A DNA stretch of 64,000 nucleotides from Marsupella aquatica (taxonomy: Eukaryota; Plantae; Marchantiophyta): assembly GCA_973895155.1 (NCBI GenBank), contig OZ316897.1, positions 20,401,224 to 20,465,223 on the forward strand, read 5' to 3'. The notes below the pieces were generated by a model that searched no databases, was not told the origin of the DNA, and saw nothing but the letters and a program-made list of their open reading frames with translations. The position numbers were made by a program, and so were the translations under genes. Shown here in pieces: positions 10,266-23,684 of this stretch. Position 1 is the stretch's first letter. Every line of letters starts with the position of its first letter.

Positions 10266-13200
10266 ATGAGTTTTCTAAATCGGCTCATGGTAATGCTTGC
10301 ATTATGCACAGTCCTGTTGTGTTGCATTGCCTTGGGTTTTGTCAACAGTCTCGTTGTAGTTCTTGCAACTTGTGCGGCCCTAGCTGCAACCGCAGCCTCT
10401 ACTGCCATATTTGACCGGCGAAATAAATTAAGCCGTATGACCTCGAAAATCCCAGCAGAAGCTGGTCAGGTACTTTCAAACACAAACTTGGTGGTGATCT
10501 CTCTATTCTAGCTTCTGAATGGTTCTATGTTGTCAGGTTCCCAATTGCCGTTGGGACTTAAACTGTGCTGCTTTTGTCACATGGGTAGCAAGATAAAGTC
10601 TGCGACTCGTCTCAGTCTCTCATCTTTGGAAATTATTCAATCTTATCCCAACTGATTTGGCATTCTGTACCATATTGTGCACAGAGAATTAACTTGCACC
10701 ATTTTGTTTTGCGTTCTCAGGTGTCTCAATTGAATTCCTCTGTGTACAAATTGCATAGTCCGTCCGGCGAACCAAGCATGGACGTCGTATTTTTCCATGG
10801 ATTCCAACACGGGGATTATAAAGATGCCCATTTGTCTACGTGGAATTGTGGAGACGGGTCCTCCATTTGGCCACAAACTTGGCTGGTGGAGAAGTTTCCT
10901 GATGCCCGCATTCTGTCTGTTTCCTACGATGCTAGTGTTATTAAGAGTTGTGAAGGTGGAACAATTGACATGCATCTCATAAGCGAGAACTTGACATCAG
11001 ATCTGCTGACTGCAAAGATCGGACAAGAACCCTGCCGCCCTGTCGTATTGGTTGGTCATAGTTTTGGGGGCTTGGTCATAAAGCACATATGCGTGTATGC
11101 ATCAAGCACGACGGGCCGGTTGAAGAGAAACTCGGAGAAAAAATTTCAGCTAACTGCATTTTTGGAAAATGTAAAGGGGATCTTTTTCTATTCTACCCCG
11201 CATCAAGGAGTCTTCGGCCACATAGCTGAACATTTTGTGGCTGAAGGTCCTTTATTGGAATATGTGAAAACACTTAGTAAACCAAGGGCAAGAGTCAATT
11301 CTGATTTCGACAATCTTTGCGGACAAGATGGACAATACAAGATGTGGCAAATTGCAGGAGTCGGAGAAAGTCTTCCAACCAAATTGGTAAGAGCTAGTTC
11401 CACTTTTACTTGATTCAAAGAAGTGATATGAAAAAGTTATCCATTTACGAATGATTTCTAGTTACAGTTTCCGACGGGAAAGAATCCTCTAGATATGCTT
11501 CCAGTCAAAAGTATCCAGTTGGGCTACAATACGTACTCTCTTCCCACTGTTTTCCCTCACAAACTTCTGCGTAGATTCTGGTTGAGTTAAGTGGCCCTGG
11601 AGCCGTTGGAATTGTAAAAAATAACCGAGATTGGCAAGCACATCATTTTCTAGTCTCCATATTGGGAGTTCGGGATACTTTTTGAAATTGAGGCCCTCAT
11701 CGGTGGAGTCAAATGATCCTCGAATGTCCTCCTTACTATTTTCAAAATCTAAGGTTCACACATGCTCAGCTTTCAAAAGTGCAATCAACGATATCAATCC
11801 TAATGGCACATTGACAGAAGTAGTGAGATGGTATTTGGTGTATTGAATTTCTATCTGACATTGACTTGTTCAGTCCTGCATCGTCATTCATATCTCTTAA
11901 GCTTTTATTTACTGCTGGTTGGCACATGAAGCATGCAGAGGATTAGCCAAGAGCTCGATGAGAGTCATAGGAACGAGATTTGTATGGCTATATATGGTAA
12001 CATGTCGTCTTTGCTCAACTCTTTTGCAGGGTAGTTTTAGTGATATAGTTGTTGAAGAAGCATCTGCAAGATATGGCACTAGTTTCAACATTGTGGAAAG
12101 AGCTGACCACATCTCTGTCTGTAGACCGCTGCAACAGACTTGTAGAAGTTTCTCTGCCCTGACGAATTTTCTTGAGGGCGTTGGTGGTGATTCAAAGGTG
12201 GAGTACCTCGATCCCGGAAATGGGTTGCATTTGCTGGAGTTATGTTTTTCTACTGCAAGTTACTTACCATTCTATTAATTTGTGTTTAATCTCTGCATCG
12301 ACTGCCAACATGAGGAGTCACAATGATGTCCATTGGCGGATGAGAATTTGTACCTTCTGAAGAGCACCTGGGTAACCATTCTTTTAGAAAGTGAACGTTC
12401 ATGCTCAGAAGTTTTAATCTGTTTTTTCCAGAGTGACAGTCTACTGTAAGCGTATTTCTCAAACTTGAATCGTCCCCCGTGTCTCTGGACACATTATTAC
12501 AAAGTTCAAAGTGTGTTCCGCTTGGCAGATCAAAGTGAAAGTTGGTTACGTGTATTGTAACCCTAGAATTGTATACTGCACAAGCCTCGTTGTCGGAAAT
12601 TCTTCCAGGCTTATAGAGACCTTTGGTAGTACGTAAGTAGGAGACATTCAATTACATACAAATCTGGTAAGAGTTATTGCATGCACCACATGAATTCACA
12701 TAATCATATCTGAGTTGGCGTATCGTATCGATCTTTCCAGGCAATGGTGTATGGGCTCCCTGATTATCCCACGGCTTTGGAGCGTCGTGTTTTCGAGGTT
12801 CAACAGAAGTTAGCAACTAGTCCCGTGGTAGGAATTGTGGGTATGGGAGGCATCGGGAAGACCACTATTGCGAAGCAGCTATTTAATAATCTCTCTCCAC
12901 AATTTGAGTATACATGTTTTGTGGACAATGTTAAAGGCATTGAAGTCCACAAGTCAAGCGACCAGGTACTCAGCCAATTTCGTCGGAATGGAAGTAGGGT
13001 GGACCAGAATTCATTGGAATGGTCTGGTCTAAAGAGGAAGAAAAGTCTGATCACGATGGATGATGTGGACTCGGAAAATCAGGTCAGAATTCTGCCTAGA
13101 TTGGATGAGTTTGGGGATGGCAGTCGACTGATCTTCACCACTCGTGATGAAGGCGTTTTGAAAGCTATTCCAAATTGTGCCATCTACAAAGTTGATTTTC

Positions 13201-15799
13201 TCAACGCAGACGAGGCGACGAAGCTATTCTGCCAGCATGCATTTCAGCAACAAGAAATTCCAGATGACCTTACCGAGGTGAATTGGCACTTGGAAGAAAA
13301 CGTCAAGAAAGTGGTCGAGAAGTGCGCCGGCTTACCATTGACGCTTGAAGTAATGGGGTGCTATCTTAGGGATCACAAGACGAATGCTAGAGTCTGGAAG
13401 GAGACGTTAGACAAGCTCGGAAAGGCTCAATCTGTTGATGGACTTCGCAATGACAGAGTGTGGAGTTCATTGAGAGTGAGCTATGATGCTCTATCCCTCG
13501 AAGAGCAAGGAATGTTCATCGAGGCTGGTACTTATTTTTTTGAGCAGCCGGTAGAGACAGCCCTTGCTGCTTGGAGCACTGCTTTTGGACATCCAGAATC
13601 GAGGTGGGCCAACTTGCTGAGGACATCCATGGTGAAGGAAGTCGACAGGACTGAATTGAATCCGACCTTGAAGAAGCAGATCAAATACAAGCAAGTGTGG
13701 GTGCACCAACAGCTGCGTGATTTGGCCAAACAGCTCTCCCAGGGGGCCATCATATCAAAGGGTGTTGGAGAAAGTTATCGAGCAATCGATCTGCTCAGTG
13801 CAAGTGAGGTTAGTACTGAAACGGAAACTTTGATACAAAATAACGCCTTATCGACTTCACTTGTCTGAGAGGAGACGTCGCGTAGCATGCAATTTGATGG
13901 AAAAAGTGCCAAGAGTTCTTAGAATTTTCTTGGAAGCGGTAGATTCTCAAATTATGTTTCTCAACGGATTGAATGACGGTCATCCAATATCTGTTTTACA
14001 TAAAGACTCCAATAATGTAATCGACGCTTAATTATTGAACCTTTTCGGCAAACGAACGCTAATTGAGAATTTACTTTTGTCAACAGGTGCAAGCACAGAC
14101 AAGTATTCTGCGACTCTGGGCCGATGATCCTGGAGGATACCCAAATCTTCAGTTAGAACTGCTGGATAAGTTCGAGAAACTCAAGTATTTGGACCTGTAT
14201 TATATGTTACCGGAAGGGTCCAGCAACGCCTTATCAAGGAATCTTTGCTTACTAAGTTGCACTCATCGGCTTTCCTACCAAGCCCCCCACCTCTGTATAA
14301 GTCTGGAGGACATGACTAATTTAGCTTTCTTAAAGCTTGTATGCGTGGAGATGGCGGAGGAAAGTCTTGAAGGATTGGGGAAGCTCAGCAACATGCGCCT
14401 TTTATTTCTCGATGGTATATGGGGGCCTTCCCGTCTGCCAGACAATTTTGGTCATCTGTCCCAACTGAAACGGTTGGAGTTAACTGAAGTGAGGTTCACA
14501 GCACTGCCGGATTCGTTTGGCAATCTTTCGGCGCTTGAAGTTTTGCTCTTATGCAGGATCCCAGTTGTGAAGCTGCCCGAATCTTTCGGGAATCTCTCTT
14601 CGCTGGCAACGTTAGTCATTCAAAAATGTTACCGGCTTGAAAGTCTGCCCGAATCCTTCGGGCACCTTTCCTCGCTGAAAGAGTTGCACATCATGGATTG
14701 TGATCAGCTTCGATTTCGACAGCCTACTCAGATCGACTTGCATGAGGCAATTGAGACGGCTCACAGAATTGAGACAAATGGGCTTACCCTAAACTTATCT
14801 TCACTCGCATATCTATGCGTATATGGGTGTCGCAATCTGAAGACGCTGCCTGCGAGTTTTGAGCTTCTTCTTTCCTTGGAAGAACTTGAGTTGTATGTTT
14901 CTGGACTACAGACGCTGCCGGAAAGTATTGGCCAATTCAAGTCTCTGCAGAGATTGATCATAAAACAGGGTCAGCACCTGGACACCCTACCTGACAGCTT
15001 TGGGAATTTACCTGCCCTCACATATTTGTGTCTCCAAGAATGTGAGAGTCTTCAAAGATTGCCGGCGAATTTCGGGAATCTCTTGTTCTTGCAAGTATTA
15101 AGAGTCGAAAGCTGTCGCAAATTACAGCGATTACCTGACAATTTCGGCCAGCTCTCGGCTCTAAAGAGGTTATTTATAAGAGGGGCCGACGAACTTGAGG
15201 AGCTACCAGACAGTTTTGGGAACCTCTCTTCACTGGAAACTTTCTCTATTGCGGCCAATAAGTTGCAAAGGTTGCCGGTTAGCATAGGTCAGCTTCCAGC
15301 GCTGAAGAAACTGGATGTTCGGGCGGAAATGCTGAGCAGTTTACCAGAAGAGCTTGGTGACCTCTCGTCGCTAGAAATCCTTCGGATTGGAAACTGTGGA
15401 CGCTTGAAGACCCTTCCGGAGAGTTTAGGGCGCATTTCGTCCCTGAGAGCAGTAATACTTCATGACTGCAGCGAATTGAAGAGTCTACCAGATAGTTTGG
15501 GAAAGACCTTCTCGCCTCATGGAGACAGAAGTGCAGAGACGAGGAGCCCAGTAGCCGGCCATCCCTCCCAAAAAGCATCGACGGGGGGATTATGGCTACA
15601 TGTTTATAAATGTCCATTCCTTGATAAGTCAGTACTGCAACCATTGGGCTGGATTGAGGCCGATGAAAAGGATTTTGTTCGAGGAGGTCACGACAGTATA
15701 TTTGTTGGGTGTTTCGGAAAGTGGTACGTGAGAAAATTTCCCGTGAGGACAGCAGACGCAGCTGAATTGAACAATGCGCAGGGAGAGAACAAAGGGTGA
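10266..15799 (+). CDS. Alpha/beta-hydrolase-NB-ARC-LRR immune receptor (HNL) with N-terminal hydrophobic segment, about 1272 aa. Predicted exons 10266-10469, 10721-11386, 12030-12197, 12741-13808, 14087-15799
   Basis: Four GT-AG phase-0 introns join the ORFs in frame. Hydrolase motifs DVVFFHG, WPQTWL, ARILSVSYD, VGHSFGG, FYSTPHQG, DHISVC. NB-ARC P-loop GMGGIGKTT, kinase-2 ITMDDV, GSRLIFTTRD, GLPL. Many LxxLPxxFGxLxxL LRRs. Confidence 0.92.
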
Positions 15800-17895
15800 C
15801 CAGGTGCGTGTCTTCCTCGCACGGAAACCTATGCCTCTCCCCACGAGGACTGTGCACTAGTGTGCATCTGATTTGTTGTAAGTTTTAAACCTGGGTCTAG
15901 CAACGAGGAAAGCAAGCTTGCTGCAAGGTGATGGAGTACCACTTTTCCGCTTCACAACAAGAGATCATTGTCTTGTGAACGCACTGTGCTTCCACAGGTA
16001 TGGTCCTAGAAGAGGAAGAGAGGGAGAGGGAGAGAGAGAGAGAGAGCTGCGTCGTCCAGAAACGACTGCAGCTATGGCCGTTCTAGTTAAAGTTTCGCTT
16101 CCATGCCAATTCTGAAATGGCAATGTAGGCTCATCATGGGCAAAATTCATGTAGCAAAGTCAGGTCTCATGACTGGAAGTACAAACCTGAAATCCGAGAA
16201 GGGTCTTCTGGTCCTTTAGGATCTTAGATGGGTGAAATCAAGGGACATCAGTATCGATAGGAGCTTTTTTTAATTGATGGGATAAGTCTCCAGCATAACA
16301 AAAAGTCCTCACAATTCTAGGATGGCTGGGGGAGATTTTGGACATGAATGGTTGTAGGCAACCCACAGGGAGGAAAAAATAGTTGCAGAAGCAGTCAAGG
16401 CTGGTAACTTAGAATCAACTTGAAACGGTTGTGAAGGAGATCTTGAGACTTGGTCAGTTTGTTGCAAGTTGATTTAGGGTTAAGTTTCTTTCCAGTGGCT
16501 GAAATTTGGCAAAGCCATTAATCAGAAAGTGTGCAGTGAGAATGTTGAGTATCAAGAGAAAATCATCCATGGCTAATGGGTCAAAGATTTAGTGTTGTTG
16601 GGTACTCATGACCTATTGAAAACTGCCCTAAACTAATATATCGTGGCTGAATGACAGAAGCTCTCGACTGTTCTCACGCCCTCTCAGAACTCATCTGCTC
16701 TTGTCTATCTAGTCACTCTCTAACAATCTTTGACCATCATTACACACAAACTCGACAATTCAACACCAAGCAGCTCCCAAGGACGAAGCTCCTCCCTCCC
16801 TCTCGATTGACACAACGCCCCTCCCGCACAACTCAACAACTCTCTCCCTCCCGAGTGACATCTTGAACGCCTTCCCCTCAACTTTAGTTTCACAAGAAAC
16901 TTTACATAGGAATACTGCCGCCGGCTCATGCCCTTGACTCTCCTCGACCATGCTGCCCATTGAACCAAAGTCAATCCAAGCCAGAGCGGGCAGTGCGGAT
17001 TTGGGACTGGGACAGGCAGCATATGGGCCCTGAGAAGGCTTGGCACCCTTAATGCGGTGTAGATTTAGCTCGCAGTCATTTAAAATTGTAGTGACAGAAT
17101 GAGAATGGACCAAGAAAGTGAATGAGAAACTTTGGTGGGCAAACTCTCATCGACATGTGAAGCTCAATTGATACAAAGAAAACCTTTTATGAGGGCCCTG
17201 TAGGGAAAGAAACCCCTTGAGGCCCCAGTCTTCGAAATGGACTGTGTTGGCTCTGATTCCCTGAAACCCGTGAGTGTCCCTAGCGATATCCCCCCTTCAT
17301 ACAGTCACGCGTCTCCTACCGGTCCGGTTTGACTGCAGCTTGATTCTTTTTAATTGTTATCCCTGGAATTGGAGAGCAAACAGGTACCTATGGAAGCTGT
17401 CCTATGTTCTCAGTTTGTGTGCAGCTTCAGACTTTAAATTTCCCAGCTTGATTCATCTGATTGTTAATCCCTGGAATTGAACAATGGATTGAGCAGAGAG
17501 GTACCTTTGGAGGTGGTAATTTTTGGAAAGAATCATCTATATCGGTAATATTCAATTGGACTCTCCTCTCGGCAAATGCGTTTTACACATAATAGAGATT
17601 TAGGACGAAGAGTGAATTTGGATTCACCTAGTAGGTAGATGAGTCTAAATTGAGTATCGTCAGAATTCTGAAGAATGTTCACCAAACCAATAACTTCTAG
17701 AGTGGAGAAGCACCTGATTTAGGATAAAATCGTTACAATTACACATGGACGATAAAAACAATTATCGATAGAGTTGTGTGGGTCTACAAGGACATGACTG
17801 GTTATTGTACAAGATTGGAGGCAAGTGTACTTCTCCAGGTATAGCTGACCCTATTGGTAGCCAGGTAGTTTAGTTTGGAATGTAGCTAGCCAAAA

Positions 17896-17993
17896 GTGAA
17901 GTCCAAAAATTGGGTACTTCTAACCAGGTTTTGGCTAACTAGGGATTTTAATTTTCCAAACCTGGTTAGCAATACCCAATTTTTGGACTTCAC
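17896..17993. repeat. Near-perfect inverted repeat (about 38-bp arms, about 21-nt loop)
   Basis: GTGAAGTCCAAAAATTGGGTACTTCTAACCAGGTTTTGG pairs with CCAAACCTGGTTAGCAATACCCAATTTTTGGACTTCAC. Confidence 0.9.
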
Positions 17994-18409
17994 ACATAAT
18001 TTAATGTATAACACTGATGTATATAATATATCACTTGACTTCCAAATGGTTACTTTTTAACCTCTTTCTTAGTTTATTCAAGTGTTATTACTCTTCCATA
18101 TTCATTTTTTTACACTTACAGAGTCTAGAATTGTTTCTGCCTTCCTCTAAACACGAGTACAATTTCTTTGGCTCCACAACACTTTCTTGCCTCACCTACT
18201 CCTTTGTCTCACCTGTGCTACATTTTTGTGAACACAGGCATTATCACACCAACATGGTCAAAGTGACTGTGTGGCCACAACAACAATCTTACAATGCATG
18301 GTATCTACTTCTCTCCTGGCAAGGAAGGAGATTCACCAAGAATTTAGTTACTCCCAGACTGACTCACGTGTATGGAGTATGACCGTCAGATTATCTTTGA
18401 TTTGATCTC

Positions 18410-18770
18410 ATTTATTGGATCTGGCTAGTAGATATGGAGGTATTTGGTGATTTTAATGAAAATTTTCCAATTCTTTCTTTGTAATCGTCACCGAAGAAAA
18501 CCAGAGGACAAATTTGACAAAACTTTGCCCACGTTAAAAAGGCCAGTGGGGAGCAGAACACACAGAACCCAAGGGGCCAGGGGAGAGCCAGTGAATATTG
18601 CACCACCACTAGTGCCACTACAACCACACAATGAAACATCTGACTTGTGCCCACCAGGTCAGGATCTGAAGGGAAGCAAAGACATAGTTTCTGGGCCCAT
18701 CCATCTGAAGGCATATCTTTATCGATGACCACCACTTGGTCTGATTGTAAGACTATAAGGCTACAGGCCC
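18410..18770 (+). mobile_element. Possible highly degenerate LINE AP-endonuclease relic
   Basis: VFGDFNE (GDFN motif) near 18440 and an SDH-like WSDC near 18740. Frames are broken. Confidence 0.3.
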
Positions 18771-20720
18771 TCAATGTATGTTTGGATCTTTGTAACGGCA
18801 CTTTGGGGTTAAGAACTTAATTTTGAGGCAAAACACTTGGACCACTTAGTGGCACCAAGCCAAGTGCTGGACTCTCTTCATGCTTGGATTGGGGTGTCAA
18901 GCAATCATGCTCCGCGCCTGGACTGTCACTGCATCTAGAGTACTTGAGTCCGAACAGCCTGGATTTGTGCAAGGCCAACACTTGCGTGCATGAGGCACTT
19001 ACTAGCAGCACAGGTTACGCTTAGATAACTAAGAACCCCAATTTAAGGAAAACCAAACTTTGGAAATTCCGAAAATCACTAAATATTATTATTTTAATAA
19101 AAAGGGGGCAACATGACACGTGGCTGCGCGTGAAACCCTGAAAATGACTGCAACATCACATTTTAACCACTCCAACTTGACGGGACCAAGAGACATGCTC
19201 ACTCGAATAATAACAAATGATAGAGAAATAAAGCCCAGGTACTTAATGAGACATGATTTTTGGCCCTGAACTTGTTTGGAGACCATGAGACACTGTTGCA
19301 ATAAGCATTCCAATGCCTACAAATAAGTCCAAGCAGACATCCATGGACAAGTTTGACAGACCTGATGAAACCCCTTGAGCTAGGAGCCAACTTAAAGGGA
19401 CCACAGGGCAATCTCAGGGGTCCCTTGCACACAAGATCCCCAATTGATCCCTGTATGAGGCCATCACCATTGCTATCCAGACCCCTAGCGGAAATCAGGG
19501 CCCCTGGTTTTTCTGATAAAAATGTGTAATAGCATCCAGAAGGCGAGGAATGAAGCTATCCACTCCCATTTTCTTGGGAGACTCCTAATATGGGTTGTCC
19601 GCCAAACAGCTCCAAATATATCTTTCTTATCTTTGAAGAAGTATAAATTACACATAAAATTATATGTCCCCTATAGTAAGTCGCACAGAGCATAGCTTCC
19701 CTCCCAATTGGTTCTAACTAAATTGAAGGAAGACCATGACTGAGTTCTGACAGGGAAGAGGGGAGCAAAGGCAAAATCATTTCCTGGTCAGTGTGAATAA
19801 TCAGGGTAGCCAGGCTGATCATTTATAGCAACAAAACCAATCAAGAAAGAGAAATAAAGCAAACAGAGAAAGCAAACATAGGACCAGAATGAAGTGAGTG
19901 GCTACACAAAGCAGGAATCAAACAAGTGCACCAGACAAAGAAAATGATCAACCAGTAAGTATGTGAACCACAAATATTTGGAAGGGGCATACATAGTGTG
20001 ACTAAAAAATGAGAGCATACCTTCAATGGGGTAACCGGGACGCAGCTGGGAGAACTTTGGATAGGGCAGCTGGGAGAACAAACACCAGCACAGCTTCAAC
20101 GCCAGGGAGCACAAGTGGGAGAGCGAATGACACTGAGCATAGCTAGGAGAGCAAACTTTCCAACAGGGAACACAGCTGGGAGAGCCGAAGACGAGTGTAG
20201 CTTGCCTTGGAGAGAAAATGAAAGTCCAAGAATAAAGAAAGAGGGGGAACATGAGAATCCAACAAAAACCCATGATAGAAAATGTCAAAAGCTCCCATTG
20301 CCTTGGCCAGCCTTGTCTCCACCTCCCTGGCTCCTATGCACTCAACATGCCAATCGTCACAGGGCAGCTGCCCTAAAGCCAGTCCTTCACACCTCAACTG
20401 CCACATCATGCCCTTGGTCCTGCCCCACTTCCTTGCCCATGGTCATAGGGCACACAATTCAAGTTGTGCCCTCAAACCTGCCATGAAACCCTCATTGTAC
20501 CCCTAATTGATCCCTAAAGTGCGCCCTCTAAAGTGTGCCGTCGACATTAATATGTAGTGACACATGGACCAATTTAAACCTGGCACATGTCCCCATCATA
20601 TACGGGGTGATATAAAGGCCGACTAAATACCCCTATCTTAAACTTACGACTTAAATTGACAAATTTATTTTTTTGCACCCCTACCTGGTGGACAGTGCAA
20701 TTTAAGTTAGTGAAAGTCAC

Positions 20721-20722
20721 AC

Positions 20723-20753
<31 letters not shown>

Positions 20754-20915
20754 AAAGCAGAAAAAAGAAGGAAACAAATGAAAGGAGAAGCAAGTGTAGG
20801 CCGCAAGTCCCTTTGTGCAATCTCTTTACTTCTTCCTATACGGCATTTCTGTTTCTTCGCCAATGTGATATATATCTTTAATTAAATAAGGGGGGGGGAG
20901 GGGGGGGGGGGGGGC
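20721..20915. repeat. Homopolymer tracts: poly-C followed by poly-A (about 20722-20756) and an interrupted poly-G (about 20890-20915)
   Basis: Directly visible. Confidence 0.85.
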
Positions 20916-22799
20916 TTTACAAGAGGGTGGGGGCAGTTCAGTGTATCTCCATCCAAAAGGAGAGGGCCAGTTACACACACTAAAGTTAAAATGTTTGAGC
21001 CAAATGTGTCAGGTCTAGAGATAATAAATGCAAAACCCTGAATAGAAGTGGCTGCTTGGTCCATTCATTTTTCGACCACCTCAAGAGGAGGTCCAAGCTT
21101 TTGACCAAAAAAACCCCATTTCAACAAAAAAGGGGCCCACAAAGTCAACCAGCTGGCAGATGACTAGGATCGGTATGTATTTGCATGATTGTGACCCGAA
21201 GTTCATGTAAAGTGAATTGTGGCCAGTTCCCACATTCAAATGGCTAACATTGCATCTCACACATAGAAAAAAAAAAGTGCTGCCCCCTTTTTCTTGTAAA
21301 GCCCCCCTAAATGATATATATCTTTAAGAAAGTGAGGGTCATAAACGTGCCTTTACAAGAAGTTGGACCATTGCTTCCTGTTACCAAGATTAAATTTGGA
21401 TGGTATAATGAATGGAACCAGCCTATAGTTGACTTGACAAGATCTGGGTGGTCCATTCCCGTATGGTATTCTACCAATCCTACATGGCCATGAGTGGGCC
21501 CATGAGGATGTGCCTATAATTTACCCTACCTCTGCAGGTGGTCCAACTATTTCCAAACTTTGGTTCTTTCATTCAACTGAGTTACATTTGTTAAACTTCA
21601 TTTCTAATGATTTTGGTCCAGAGCCTATCTTCAGAACACAGTATGGCCCTCCACATTTTTTTGGTGAAAAAAAAAGTCACAAGTTTCCCAGTTCTTGTAA
21701 ATTTAGGCTAAGTCCTAAGCCTTTTCAAATTTTACTTTCCAGGTGGTGTCACATATATTACGCTGATTGGCCATTTGACCACACCTATGCACAAGGGTTA
21801 TACTTGGCACGAAATAATTGGCAGCCATAGATTGTCCCGTTTCTGCATGAGCTTGAAGCTTGGTACTCATTAGTTGTCACCCGCAGATCAGCACACTTGT
21901 CATCACACTGTCTTGTACAGTATTTGGCATTAACAAACCTTGGGGCCACTTGCGGGGAAAATGAAAATCCCCAGCATATCCTCTAGCTACCCAATTGGAA
22001 TAGGACACGAGATTTCATCGTGTCCTTAATGAGGTGAACAGAAATTCAGCCATGTGTGGTGCCAATCTGGAAGAAGAATCCTAGTTCTCAAGGGTCTATT
22101 TTAGCATCTTGACAAATATTGTGGTCCAACCCACCCCTGTTTACTTCATCCTTTTTAATGAATCTCCGAAGCCTTCATGGATTTTCCAAAAAGTTAGGAT
22201 GTACTGACACAAAACACCAAGACATGCTTGGATGACACTCTTTATAGTTTTGCCACATCAGCTGTAAACCAGCTATTCACCCGTTTGCCACTAGGTAATA
22301 TTAGTTTATGTGATGGTAAATTGAGGCTCTACTGTAGGTAACATTAGATTATGTGATGGTAAATTGAGGCTCATGCATAGAGTACTCATGGCATCCTTCA
22401 CAAAAATACAGTGTCTTTTGGCAGTTTCTACATAATATTTGACCATTTTTGTACTCATTGACAATAGAGAAATTATCTCAGAAAAAATCTGACACGTTGT
22501 CAGATAATACGTTGAGCATATTGATAACTCACTGATAATAGAGAACATGCTGAAAAAGTTGAGCTGAAAAAAATGAGAAGTTGCAATTGCACTAGTTTCC
22601 TTCCTTCATTTTAAAACCAAAATTTGCCTTGACTTGCTATCTTTGGAAGGACTCCCTGAATAATTTTTCTAGGTCAAGGCCATGGGGATAGGCAAAAGAA
22701 GCCCCAAGGCCCATTCGGGCTTAACTTTCTCTTTCTGGGAGAACAAAATTTTTGAAAATTACTATAGGTCCCCGAAGCCTTCCTACCGTAGCCTTGCCG

Positions 22800-22875
22800 A
22801 TCCATCCGGGTTTCAAAAACGAGCCGCCAGTCCATCCGAGTTTCACAACCAAGCCGCCAGGCCATCCGAGTTTAC
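22800..22875. repeat. 30-bp tandem repeat (CCATCCGRGTTTCAMAA...GCCGCCAG), about 2.5 copies, possibly a DNA-transposon subterminal repeat
   Basis: Anchor CCATCCG occurs three times at about 30-bp spacing. Confidence 0.7.
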
Positions 22876-23684
22876 TCCTTAGAGAGTGGAGAGAGGACGA
22901 AACAGAAAATACGAAGCGGAATGTTTCATCATAGTCACATCGCGACAAAAGACCGATCCGATCGCGCCACGCTGGCGCTCTGCCAAAAGTACAGACGCCC
23001 TGGCCCTGTACGGAGGGATTTTATTAACCTTCTCGGCTCGAAAGGGTTAAAAGATAGTTTTCACCTTGGTGAAAATAATCTGGTGATCGTTCTCACGGCA
23101 TCATTCATTTCTTGAGTGTTTGATACGCGAGACCCAAAATGGTTGTGGATTGAAAGACGGGATTATATCTCTTTTTCTTTCTGGAGCCTCCATTTTCCGG
23201 AGCTCTCTCGTCCTTCACAAAACATGGAGCTCATCATCGGACACTTCTTTCCCGTTGAGGCTCGGTTTCCGCAGCTGCTGTAGCGGTGTTTGAAAGGGCC
23301 GACTCGACTTCGCCGGACAACGAAGCAGAGAAGCAGAAGAGGCGGATGATGAGGAATTGATTCAGATCGGCGTCTCTTGAATCTGGATTCCTGTGCTCGA
23401 ATCGGGATCGGATTTGGGGTTGAATGAATTGGGGATCGGATTTGGGGTTTTTCTTGGCGATAGAGGGAACAGAAGAGGAGTTCTCAGGTCGATCTGGAAT
23501 ATGAATGTGAGGAGACAGAGAAGGACGAGACCTACAGTTTTTTTTGTGGAGGATTCTTGATGAAGCTTTTTATCGTTGGCGGTGACGAGGCGAAGTAGTA
23601 GAGGAACGAGAAGGAAGGCGGGCGGGCGGACGGGCGAGCCCGAGAGAGATCCGGCCACAAGGAGACCAAGTGGAGCACTAGCAG

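Noticed and set aside
16260-17280. L1 3' zinc-finger region relic on the minus strand
   Set aside because: Only vague PTKV..W and Cys/His hints across broken frames; not enough to call.
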